Origin: Camelus dromedarius
Lineage: Eukaryota
Direction of reading: 5' to 3'
Assembly (NCBI RefSeq): GCF_036321535.1
Contig: NC_087436.1
Span: 35,776,001-35,840,000 of the forward strand
Length of the DNA: 64,000 nucleotides
The notes beneath the pieces were generated by a model. It was not told the origin of the DNA and made no database searches. It saw only the letters and a list, made by a program, of their open reading frames with translations. How positions within the stretch are numbered: position 1 is the first letter of the stretch; each line of letters starts with the position of its first letter. This document shows positions 46,051 to 57,832 of this stretch, piece after piece. The translations under genes were made by a program, and so were the position numbers.

Positions 46051-46689
46051 CTGCACCTAACAGGAGTTGAGTGACATGAGAAGCAGAACATATAGCTTCC
46101 CTTTCATTCAGAGAGCAGAGTGCTCATCAGACACGTGTTTCAATTTCTACAAATACATAAAGAAAAGCAAGTTTCCCACAAATAAGCAACTCCAGCATTA
46201 GGCCCTGTCAATCAGAACAGAAACTAAAGAAGAAAACTCTAAGAAAAACAAAGGAAACACTTGGACGCCCAAAGGGATGTTTCTCTGTATACAACAGAAG
46301 CTGGACAATTTTTGACCTTTTACAAAATCCAATTAGTGAAATTTTGTAAAATATCTATAAACCAGTATACGTGCTACAATAGTGTGTGCCGCACAAATGC
46401 TGTTTCTGTCACCCTTTTAATAAAAAGAAAGAGGTAAGCCTGAAGGAAGATACACTGACAGTTTACTCTTTCTAATTTTGAAGCCATTAAAGTGCAAGTA
46501 AAAATGTCACCTCAAGCAGGACAGGACTTCACTTGTTTATAGATCAGCAAATTCGGAAATTAATTTCAGGGTTAAAAAAAAAAACAATCTCCAGCTGAAG
46601 GTTTAGCAGACCAGCTCTCAGACGAGTTAATTCTTTCTTTATTTGTTTGCTTTCCAGCAGCAGCGGTAAGTCTTGAAAGGGGGAGGCAA

Positions 46690-47650
46690 GAAAACTGCTG
46701 ATGCAGCCGGAAGGCACCGTCTCCGTGCTCTTGTTTCCAGTAATTCCGACCTAAGATCGGCCTGTACCTGGTCCAGACAGCTGCGCTGCCTTAGCCGGGG
46801 CCCGGCTTCCTGAACGCATTCACTGTGTCCTCAAGTCCCGCGAGGACGTTTGCATCAGCACGTCCTAACCCAGCCGGTGTGACAGCGCCGGGACCGCACC
46901 CAGGACCTCGGAGAAGCGGTTCCAGGTCTCTCTCCTCTTACTGCGGACCCCTCAGGGCTGGAGAGGCCCGGACCAGTCCACTTCCCCCGGCCCTCTACCT
47001 GCTCACCTCCCTCCCTCTAATGATGGCATCTCCTGAGAAAGCCGGGGTGGGGAGGGCTCTGCCGAGACCAGGGCTGTTGCAGGCGGCTGTTTTCTCGACT
47101 CCCTCCAGGAAGCGATGCGGGGCCCGCTCAGCTGGAAGGAAAAGAGACCCTGGAGGAACATACACCCCGCCTGCCTCACCCCAACTCCGTGTCCTGCGTT
47201 GGGGGCGGGGGGCGAAAGCATCTTTTACTCAGCATGATACAGAGCTGCTGAATTCGCTTTTGACAAATGCTAGCGTGCCCTACAACTCTTCACTGAGTCT
47301 TGAGTGAGTGAGACTCGGTACTGGGCGTTGAGAGAATTCAGAGACATTCAAAATCTGCCTCCTGCCCTTAACTAACTAGCCAGACAAATCAAACACACAT
47401 GGAAATGATATGCTTCCTTGACTCATAGATGCCATCTATACAAAGATACACCATCAAGTAATAGGGAGAAAGCTAAGGTGTGTCTGTTGATTATATGACG
47501 GAGTCCGACTTTAGAAATACGAACGTGAGAAGAAAGGAAGCAACTTGAGCGCAGAGGAGACGCGGCGGCGGCGGGGGTGGGGGAGACGCGCTGACTCCCG
47601 ACGGCGGTGCAGACGGACGCGCACCTCGCTACCTGCTGCCCCACGTGGTA
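46690..47650. promoter_or_regulatory. Second CpG-rich segment not attached to any visible gene (candidate distal regulatory element)
   Basis: Two GC/CpG-dense blocks (46690-47230 and 47545-47650), with an ETS motif GCCGGAAG (46706-46713) and a GC box GGGGCGGGG near 47202. Confidence 0.5.
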
Positions 47651-47659
47651 ACTCACTCC

Positions 47660-47945
47660 ACCTTCTTAACAATCTCTATGATGCTGATATTGTTATTCCC
47701 GTTTGTGCAAATGAGGAAGGAGACACAGACATTAAGCAACTTTCCCGAGGTGGGAAGCTGGTGAGTTAGAGAGCTGGAGTTAGACCCCAAGCAGGAGAAT
47801 CGACAGGGCAGTGACTGGAAGACCCGTCAGAATCCCCGCTGTTCTTGCAAGCCATGTGGCTTTAGGCAGGTTAATACATAATCTCTCTGTGCTTCAGTTT
47901 CCATATCTGTAAAATGGGAACTAATAATAGCACCTAGCTTATGGG
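47660..47945. mobile_element. Two adjacent MIR fragments in opposite orientation
   Basis: TTATTCCCGTTTGTGCAAATGAGGAA...AGAGCTGGAGTTAGACCCAAGCAG (reverse), then CTCTCTGTGCTTCAGTTTCCATATCTGTAAAATGGG (forward). Confidence 0.75.
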
Positions 47946-47959
47946 GGTGGTTTTGGCTC

Positions 47960-48450
47960 CCCCCCACAGCTTTGAGGTATAACTGACAAATAAAATTGCA
48001 AGGTATTGAAAGTATGTAATGTGATGATTTGATATATGTCTGTGTACATTGTGAAAAGATTCCCCCATCAAATTATATCCATCACCTCACATGTTTTTGT
48101 TTGTTTGTTGAGAACATTTAAGTTCTACTCTTAGCAAATTTCAATTATACGATACAGTGTTACCAAATAGAGTCACAAAATTAAAGTTTGTACCCTTTTA
48201 TCAACCTCTTCTTATTTCCCCCACTTCCCAGCCCCAAGCCACCACTTTTCTACTCTGTTTCTATATTTGACTTAAAAAAAAAAGATTCCACGTATAAGTG
48301 ATACCATGCAGTGTTTGTCTTTCTCTGTCTGACTTATTTCACTTGGCATGATGTCCTCAAAGTCCCCCCATGTTATCACACATGCAGGATTTCTTTCTTT
48401 TTAAAAACTGAATAATATTCCATCATATATATATGTATGTATACATATAG
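47960..48450 (-). mobile_element. L1 3' UTR fragment inserted in a MIR
   Basis: TTGAGGTATAACTGACAAATAAAATTG...AGATTCCACGTATAAGTGATACCATGCAGTGTTTGTCTTTCTCTGTCTGACTTATTTCACTT. MIR sequence resumes near 48470. Confidence 0.88.
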
Positions 48451-49392
48451 TTGTGGGGTTGTTTTTAAGCTTAAAAATTATGATGTACTTAAAGCACTTA
48501 GCAAGTGCCTGGTACACACATTGAAAATGCACAACAATTATTCTGAAAGTGAAGTGGAAAAATGCTTTATTAATATCATATTATAAACAGGCACACAGGT
48601 GATGATGGAGACCAACTTCAGAGGTTCAGATTTTACTAGAAGTCTTACTCTGCTAAAAGCAAACCATGAGCTATTGTATATCAACTGTACCTCAATTTAA
48701 AAAAAATAGTGCTGGGAATAAAGGAAGCCATGCAATAAGTCCTTGCCAGACTTCATGATACTCTCATCACCAAGAAGACAGAGGAAACAACAAGGGAACT
48801 TCTATTCTTGACTCAATTCTGACGAAAAAGAACTTGATGGCTATTGTGTGACTTCCAGGAACCTTTAGGAAAAAATGACTGCATCATTCCTGGTCAAACA
48901 GAGGAAAGGGACCATAAGGCTGAGCTGACGTGAGTCCTGGACTTTGCAAAACAGGCTCTTGAGAGTTCAGAAAAATGATAGGTATGCCCCTATTGGCCAG
49001 GAATATGATTCACAAGAAGAGGAAATTCTGGGAAAAGAAAAAAAAACAAAACAGAAAACACAAAACAAAACAAAAAAACACCCAGTGTCAGATCAAACAC
49101 TCATAAATATCTCTGTGAAAAAGGACAGGTGATGGCTGTTCAGAAAAACTTCTCTGAACTGTTCAAATTTCCACAGGATGTGCTTAAAGGGCAGAAGGAT
49201 GTACATGCAGGGAGGCCGTGCTCTGTGCTTAGAAGCAGGGCTGGGAGGCGGGTGGGAAGGGAAGGCCACTGAGCTCTCATCAAAGACGAGGCCTGGCTCA
49301 CACTTGACACAGGTTATTTCACTTTATCCTTCACAGCCTTAGAAGGTAGATGTTATGAGTTTAGTTATGTTATGAGTTTAGTGTTTCAGAGT

Positions 49393-50208
49393 GTGACACT
49401 GTGATACAATAAGAAATATACTTTTGGTCTTCCTTGCACAGAACTCCTAAAACTCTTGTACTTCCCTGAGGGCTAGGGGTGAGCAGAGCGTCTTGTATTC
49501 TTTGCAATAAGCCCCTTCCCATCGTACCTGAGTTTATGCTAAAGAGCTGACTCCATGTGGGCCCCTAGATAGCTTGGGGATGGGCACCGGTTGCCAGAGG
49601 ACTCAACCATGTGATTAAAGGGTTAGACCCTTCAGCCCCACCCCCCACCTCTGGGGAGTGGAGAGAGCTGGAGGCAGAGGTCATCACCCATGGTCAGTGG
49701 TTCCATCTATCCGTGTGCATAATGGAAACTCCACGAAACCTGCCAGGTTTGGAGAACCTCAGGGTCAGTGAACACATCAAGGTGCTGGGAGGGTGCTGTG
49801 TCTAGAGAGAGCATGGAAGCTCCATTTGCCAACCCTGTGCCGGTCTTCCTGCTTCTGGGTTCTATTCTTTATGATAAAGAGGTAATAGTAAGTAAAGTGC
49901 CTTTCTGAGCTCTGTGGGCTGTCCTAGCAAATTACTGAACCTGAGGAGGGGGTTGTGGAAACCTCTGATTTGTAGCTGATCAGTCAGAAATACAAGTGAC
50001 CCAGACTTGCAATAGGCATCTGGACTAGGGGGTGGGATGGGGAGCTCAGTCTGATTGGACGAGCTTTTAACCTCTAGGATTTGAGCTAATTCCGGGTAGT
50101 TAGTGTTATAATTTAATTGAAGTGTAGGACACCATTGGTATCCAAAGAAAATTGCTTGGTATGGAAAGCCCACACATTCGGTGTCAGAAATATTCTGGGG
50201 GTAGAAAC
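49393..50208 (+). mobile_element. MER21-family solo LTR
   Basis: TGTGACACTGTGATACAATAAGAAATATACTTTTGGTCTT...CCTAAAACTCTTG...GAGTTTATGCTAA...GCAAATTACTGAACCTGAGGAGGGGGTTGTGG...GGTGTCAGA. Confidence 0.85.
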
Positions 50209-51994
50209 AGAATATTCTTAGCAGGACAGAATAAGACATTTGTATTGGAGAGGTTGTGTGGCCACAGACCACACAGGGAGTGGACACTAGAGCTGGGATT
50301 CAAATCCAGAACTGTCTGAATGTGAAGTCTAAGCTCTTTACCACAGCTCTGCCTGCCTCTTTCTCAGCAGAATGACCTTGATCCTGAATGTTTGTGGAGT
50401 AGGAGGCCAGGAGGGCATTTGGTGCCACTTGGAGATTTTAGTCCTTTCTCCCAGAACACTAGAGCCTGTTCTCTTCATATGCTATCACCTTTTGAGGATG
50501 ATGCGGGCAAGCCTAGGAGGCCAACAGTCAAGGTCACCAAGATGAGGGTTGCCCAGGCAGAGGGCACCACCATCCTGGTGCTGCTGGTTTGAAGCCAGGG
50601 CCTGGCTTCAGCTCCCTTCTCAGCATTGCTGTCCCACCACCATGTCCTCTGACCTAAGTCTGGCTCTCTTCTCCAGATAATCCTTCATCAAGAAAAGACC
50701 TAGTATCATCATGAGCCTAGATACAGTGGCATTGTTGTTGAATGACTAGATGTGACACTGAGTAAACAAGTCAGTTGACACTTTAACTTGGGGAATAGCT
50801 ACTCATCTTCGAGTGAAGGTCAAGACCTCCTCACACAGCAAAATAAACTCTCTTACCAAGCCCTGCCGTCTGATCACAGCCTCATTCGGCACTGGGCAGA
50901 TTTCTTTCACCCACCTTCTTTCAAGTCTTTCTAGCAATCTCTTTTTCAATCCTCAAAAACATGGTGGTTCCATTTCCTCTGCAGAACAACTGAAGCGCTG
51001 GTCTGGTTTCCCACTGCAATTTTTCAGAGAGAATTGGGGGCTAGCAAGGTCAGGCAGTGGACAGTTAGGACGCTTTCCTGGGCGCACTCACAGAGGAAGC
51101 TGCCGCTCAAATCCCAGGTATGGAGTAAGGACAGAAACACATTACTTGAGATTCTAATAGTCCTCTGCCGTGAATCTCAAATTAGATATAAAGCCGGGAG
51201 GTAAATCCATATAAGGAAAGGGCTCATGGGAAATAAATGTCATTAACTAAAGGTTCAAACCTAGTCCAGAATCCAAGGAGATGTCTCGGTAGAAGCTCCT
51301 GTAGAAGTCCAGCCAGGCAGATGGTGGCACAGGGAATCCGGCAGCCGGTGTGGGGCCTCCAGCCACAGAGGGACTGGTGTAATGATAGGTCAAGATTTAC
51401 CCCAGGGCAACATTTATGCTTTATATTTTACTTTAAGTAAGCTGTCTATGATTTTGTCTATGGAGAGTATCCATAAGGCTGCTATTTTAAGCATAGCAAC
51501 CTTAATTCATTGGCATTATTAAATACATATTTCTTGGACACCAGTTAGATATACAACACAGTGCTAAATGGTACAAAATTTAAAAAAGAAAAAGAGGTGC
51601 TGCTTGCCTTCAGGAGCTACTATCCAAGAAGGAATAAAGCACACATTAAACGGTAAAATAACGCTGCAAGAACACGGTGCCAAAATGAACAATCCAGATG
51701 CCACAGGAGGGCGTGGAAAAGAGAGGACACCGAAGGCTGGCTGCGCCAAGGAGGGACCGTTTTGCAGAGCAGAGGTCTTTGGCTGAATGCTGGAGGCTTT
51801 AGCTCAGCAGAGAAGGGAAGGGGGCCCGAGGGGTGAGGGTGAAAACTACGGGAGGACGCTGTGGTGGCAGAAACATGAAACGGTGAGGGGCAGGACAAAG
51901 ACGAGACTTCTTGTGGAAGAGCTAAGCCCACCGCTTTAGAGTGATAATTGCTATTTGAATCACTATTTTTTCTGGTGTATACACTCTCTTTGCT

Positions 51995-52186
51995 TGCATC
52001 CTAGCTGTCCAAGCTGTGTCATCTTGGGCAAACGCCTTCACCTCTCAAGTCTCTTAGGTCCCACTTTCTTCAGCTGTACGTGGGCCAGTGACTGAGTTTC
52101 CACAAATAAATCAGACAGTCTGTATAAGTGCACTTAACATGGGGCTTGCATATAGTGAATGCTCACCATTGCCCGGCTATTATTAT
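51995..52186 (+). mobile_element. MIR SINE
   Basis: AGCTGTGTCATCTTGGGCAAACGCCTTCACCTCTC...GCATATAGTGAATGCTCA...TATTATTA. Confidence 0.65.
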
Positions 52187-52511
52187 AAAACTTCCTCTTG
52201 TTCTTTTTAAATGTTTGCACAGCATGGATATACTGTAATTTATTCAACCATTCCTTTACTTATACACCCTTAAGATGTTTCTAGTATTTTTTTTTGTAGT
52301 GCAAACAATGTTACCATAAACAGTCTTGTACATCTTTTAAAAACTCATGTTACAATGATTCCAGAAAAAGAGCAGCTGATGCATTTTAAATGTTGATAGA
52401 TGTTGCATGACAAAGAGGATACCTAGGATTGAGCAGTTGCTTTAAGGAGGAGAATGAATCAAAGTTGGCTTAAAGTTTTGTGATCAATATTTGTAACCAA
52501 CTAAAAAGACT

Positions 52512-53106
52512 CAGAGAAAATGAGAACAGTAATTCAAAAAGATACACGCACTCCAGTGTTCATAGCAGCATTATTTACAACAGCCAAGACATGGAAACAA
52601 CCCAAGGCACGGCAACAGAAGAATGGATAGAGAAAATGTGGTATATATACACAATGGAATATTACTCAGCCATAAAAAGAATGAAATAATACCATTTCTC
52701 AGCAACGTGGGTAGACCTAAAGAATATTATGTTTAGTGGAATAAATCAGACAGAGAAAGACTCCATGTTATTACTTATATGTAGAATCTAAAAAGTAAAA
52801 CAAATGAACATATATAACAAAACAGAAATAGACTCACAGGTATAGAGAACAAACTAGTGGTTACTGGTAGGGAGAGGGAAGAGGGGAAGGAAGAGATAGG
52901 GGTAGGGGATTAAGAAAACAAACTCCTACAGATAAAATAAATAAGCTACAAAGATATATTGTACAGCACAGGGCACACAGCCAATATTTTATAATAAATT
53001 TAAATGGAGTATAATCTATAAAAATTTTGAATAACTATGTTCTACACCTAAAACTAATATAATATTGTAAATTAGCTATACGTCAATTTAAAAATAAATA
53101 AACAAA
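52512..53106 (+). mobile_element. 5'-truncated L1 (ORF2 end, 3' UTR, A-rich tail) with TSD AAAAAGACTCAG
   Basis: Translation EEWIEKMWYIYTMEYYSAIKR. AAAAAGACTCAG occurs at 52503-52514 and 53104-53115. Confidence 0.93.
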
Positions 53107-53351
53107 AAGACTCAGGGAATGAGATTCCTCCCTGTCTCTGTCTGTCTTTCTCTGTCTCACTGTCTCCCTGGGTAGCTCTTTTGGAATGTTTCAACAATCC
53201 TTCTATGCTTTCTTCCATTCACAATGTTTAAGCCAGCAGTGCTAAAATGAAGAAAAAATTTTGAAAACTGCATTGTAAGCACACAGTTAAAACAACTGTT
53301 TTCTTCCCTTCCCAATGCCATGGATCTTAACAGTCAGCTATTGTACATTGT

Positions 53352-53605
53352 TGTTGTGGGTTGAACTGTGTCCTCCCCTAGAAAGGTATGTTGAAATCCT
53401 AACCCTTTAGTACCTCAGAATGTGACCTCACTTGGAGACAAGGTCTTGAGAGAAGGAATCAGGTTCAAATGAAGGCATTAGAGTAGTTCTTAAACCCAGT
53501 ATGACTAGTGTCTTATGAAAAGGGGAACGTGGGACACAGTGACAGCGTGAAGGGAAGATGACGTGAGGAGACGTGGGGAGAGGACGGCCGTCTACAAGTT
53601 CAGGA
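53352..53605 (+). mobile_element. MLT1 (MaLR) LTR 5' part
   Basis: TGTTGTGGGTTGAACTGTGTCCTCCCC...TATGTTGAAATCCTAACCC...TACCTCAGAATGTGACCTCACTTGGA. Confidence 0.88.
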
Positions 53606-56600
53606 TCCTCTGCTCACAGTACATGGTTGTCACTGGGCTGTGAATGTTCCACTTACATTTAGTTATTTACTTACTTAGGTATATAATTTAAGTACATGAA
53701 TTATTTACGTACCTTAATTAAGTATAAAAATGTACCTGCTAAATCCCAGGTAAGTAAATAATTTATGTAAATATAATTAGCATCCAGGAACCCATCTCCC
53801 CAAACCACAGTAGGACCAGAAAATCACTCACATGTAATCATACATTCCAGCAGCCTCACCCCTGTCCTCAGTGTCATCCTGAATCCTGACCTCGTCTCCT
53901 TGCTTTTCTCTCTGTGTAGGTTTATTGTATTCCTAAACTGCTCTTGGTTTAAAACATTTTTTTAGCTGCTTTAACCTACGTAAAGGATGTCGTGTGGTAT
54001 ATCAGTTTTGGAGAGAGACTTTCTCACTTGCTGTCACATTGCTAAGGCCCAGCCATTGTGCCACATGTCACTGTACTTCATCTGTGAGGCGTCCTGTGCT
54101 GTTTTGCAGTCAAAGGTCCTGATGTCATGACTGTTCTTTAGAAACACGCTTACGTCCTCCTTCTTCCTTTTACCCCATTGTTCCTCCCACTTTAGCCTCA
54201 AGGCCTGACGGAGACCCTGCATTTCAGGAAAGAGGACTCGCTGTGGCTCACGTGCCAGGAGGACCTGGGGGCTCACAGCTGCAGGGATCTTCCAGCCTCA
54301 CCATTCGTCACGTCCTTGTTCACTGTGACTCTCAGGAATGTATCCCCGACAGCCATGAGGACCTGCTTCTTCAAATGAAGCCTTTCCCTCCGGTCACCAG
54401 CCCAGAGCATGGAACAGTTCGGTGACTCATGTGGCTCAGGTTTCAAAGGGTGAGTAAAGGGAAGTGTTAATATGACTCAGAATTGACCCGATGGTTTTGA
54501 ATAAATAACCCCCAGATAGCCTCCTTCCCTCAGGTTCCTGAGTGAGAGCTGCATAGCGACCCTTTGGTCGGGGAAGCAGCGTGGTTTGGGAGGAGCAGGA
54601 TGGCCCAGGCGGGCGGAAGAGCAGGTGACTGCACACCACCCCCTGCCCTTACCTCTGACCTCGTGACCTTGAGCAAGTCACTGAATTCAATGGCACTTGA
54701 ATATAACAATTCTGGGATCAAAGACCAAACTGCCTGCCTTCTCTATTCCTACAAAACTCACCCCATTTCTGGTTCTTAAAATGTCTAAGTAGGGTTTAGG
54801 GAGCCAGCCCAGATTTTCCTCCTGATTATGGTAAAATCTGGGGGAAACCAGGATTGGTGGCCGTTCAGGGCCTGTGTTCGGCCATGATGTTCAGGCCTCA
54901 CGCCCAGCGCTGCACAGACACAGCCAGATGGAGCCGCACCAGGAGTTTCTGGAGGAGGGTCTTCTGGGGCTGGTGGAAGGCCATTCCCTTGTGTTCCACG
55001 TTCTTTCACTTTTCTGGCTTTTCTGGGAACCACAGGTTATTATTCGTGCTCTTTGATGCTTCTCTAAAAGCCACGCATAGGACATTTTCAAAGGTGGAAA
55101 TAGAGAGGGCCAGAGATGGAATGGGAGGGAAGAATGGGGAAGGAAGCACATTAAAATAAAATGACCTTTGTACCATAAACTAGGAGGTGGGCAGAAATGG
55201 CTTATTATGCAGCCGAGGTATTTGAAATGTAGAATTTGCTTCTGGGTTGGCAGATGAATCCATTTACGTTGGGGAAATTATTCGAATGACATTAAAGGAT
55301 TTGTTTGCTAATCTGCTTCAGACTCCAAGGCCTTGTTATAAAATAAGCAGGTGGAGGAGACAGAAAGGGTCGGAAAGAAGGGTTGGGGGGAGACAGTTTC
55401 CAGCCCCATTTCTGCTGTGAGCTGTATTAATCCAATGCCTAACAAGGGCTTCGAAAACACTATATGACCCAGTCTATAGATACAGCATGTTTTAATTATC
55501 ACGCGGACAAAGTAGAGAGGCTTTGTTTGTTTTGTGTTTGTTTTTCTACGCAGTTAATGTGATAATTTTCTGTAAACACACAAGCAAGACTATACTACTT
55601 CTGTTATTTCAAACACAGGGTTTAAAGCACTTGTTTGAGAGAAAAGCAAATGAAAAATGTATTTCGGTTTCTAACGAGCTTTAATTTTCATCACTAGATT
55701 TACTGGGAACCACCACAAAAGTTATTTGAATTTGAAAGTCTCCTTTCTTCCAATTTTTTAAACACCTTTCCCCCCAAAGCAAACAAACATTTACTTTTCT
55801 GTTGCCTTTTCCCTCATGGATGGATGGAGCACACCATGCAATAGCCAAACATCCTCTTAATCTCTTTTTCAAAGACTCTAACCTTCTTTCAGGTCAAGCA
55901 GTCATGTTGTTTTGTTCCACAGCACCTTGACAATGCGGAGAAAACATAATCCTTTACCTAGAATAGAATCTCAGATTTGCTGTTCCATTACCCGGTAGCC
56001 TAAGCATTTGTATTAAAAGACAGTTAAGCTTTTTTCAGTGAGGCATTTCCTTCCTTACCTTCCTCACAGAAAGTGCTGCTTTATTTTTAGTGATATCCTG
56101 GCTCCTGGTATTGTATTTGTGCACATAATCCCTTCACAATGATGCTTAGTGCTCCGGTGGCACCGTCCCTCCAAGGAACTCAAAGGCCTTTACAAGCATG
56201 AGTCAGTTCTCCCAACACCCCTACAAGACAGGTGACGATTCCATTGCACTTGGTCCCTTAGTATCCACATTTTGTGATTTTGCCCAAATTCTTTTGCCTT
56301 CTCCCCCAGTGTGCTTCCTAGTGCAATGCACCTTGAGCCACCGGGACTGGCCAGGTGAGACCAGGGTGAAGGGAAGAACCGGCAACCCAGGGACACACGA
56401 AAGCAAGCCGCGGACTGTGGTGTGCAGAGAGCTTGGCGGTCCCCACCTCCTTGACTCCCCAGGGCAGGCGTGTGGACCTTCCCTTCACTGAGACCGGAGA
56501 AGCCCGACCCGGGGCGGCAGTGACAGACAACTTCCGCCCAGAGCTCTGGACAAATTCCTGTGATTCTGAGCTGTGATTCCTGTGATTCCGGGGCTTGTGG

Positions 56601-57349
56601 GCCCTCTAACCATGAACTCTAACCTGCCCTAAGAGGCGAAAAGTGCAAATTAGCCCAGAAGCCACCGGAAAATTCCTTACTGTTCTTTGGGTTGGTACAG
56701 CCTGGCTCTCTGCTAAAACTCCACTGTAATGTTTTTTCAGGCACATCAACTTTTTGTGAGAAAATTTACCAAAAATCTCAACATTTTCCAAAACTGTGGG
56801 CCTTTGTGAACAAAATGTTTAAAAACATGTGTTTGTATTGCTGTTTCTGCCTGAATGATTCCACCAACTCCTAGTTTTCACTAGATATTTTACACCAGAA
56901 TATGGAGAAATAAAGTGGTGCCTTGTTACAGGAGACGAAGGACCAGATTTCTCTCTTGACAGAACCTCACAGAGATTGCTAGGGGCAGTGGAAATGGCTA
57001 ACTACTGTCCTGCAACTCAGCCGAGGGGCACTTCTGCTTTCATTCAATCACTCTCATCAAGTTTCCTGAAGAATTCCTACTGAGAAGTTACACGGAGGGT
57101 GCAAAACACAGAAGGCCATGTTTTTGTTTCATTTTGTTTTTGTGGAAATATGCAAATTAAAAAGGTTTTTAAAAAATTGGCACAGAAGCCAAAAAACTCT
57201 CCTTCCCTTACAATGGAAATGGGAGAGAATACAGCAGTGAACAAGACAGAGAAAAACTCCTATACACATGAAGCAGTGGGGGCGATACAGATAATAAATG
57301 AACAAACAAGTAAAAATGAAGAAAGAAGTAGCCTATTACAGCCAGTTGC

Positions 57350-57832
57350 AGCTAAACAAACGAACACATGTAATCCAGAATCTATGCCAAGTGAACACAG
57401 AGCATACATTCAGCTCAGTCCAGTGCTACACTCGTCCTTCCTGGTCTGAAACCCTGAGACTACACCCACAGACAGTCCCCTGGTGCTGGCGTCCCCGAGG
57501 GAAGGAACAGGGCAATGAGGCTGCATTTGCGGACGTAGGACTCAACTGCTGTGGGAAGGAACTACCTACCACTGTTGGGGTTAAAAACACAAGTATGCTT
57601 GGTGATGCTCAGGAAACAAGCCGGGAGGACACAGGGAGCCCACAGGAAACAAACAGAAGGGAACATGTTCCGTCCTCTGCCCCGGCTTTGCAGTCTCCTC
57701 TAGCGCCTCCTACTGGCACAGCCTATTAGGTCATCGGCTGCAATGAAGTACCGCGGTTTGCGGATACCAGCTTCAGCACCGCAGTTTAGAAGGTTGGGTT
57801 TGGAGTTAGGAGAAAAGAACTTAACTGACACA
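57350..57832 (-). mobile_element. LTR41-like ERVL LTR carrying a CTCF motif
   Basis: CTCTAGCGCCTCCTACTGGCACAGCCTA...AGAAGGTTGGGTTTGGAGTTAGGAG...AACTGACACA resembles the recalled LTR41 end. Confidence 0.5.
57701..57718 (-). promoter_or_regulatory. CTCF core motif
   Basis: The minus strand reads TGCCAGTAGGAGGCGCTA, close to the consensus GCCASYAGRKGGCRS. Confidence 0.65.

Noticed and set aside
46825..47307. 160-aa ORF in the second GC-rich region
   Set aside because: It is a low-complexity P/R/A/S-rich frame with a non-ATG start, explained by GC content.
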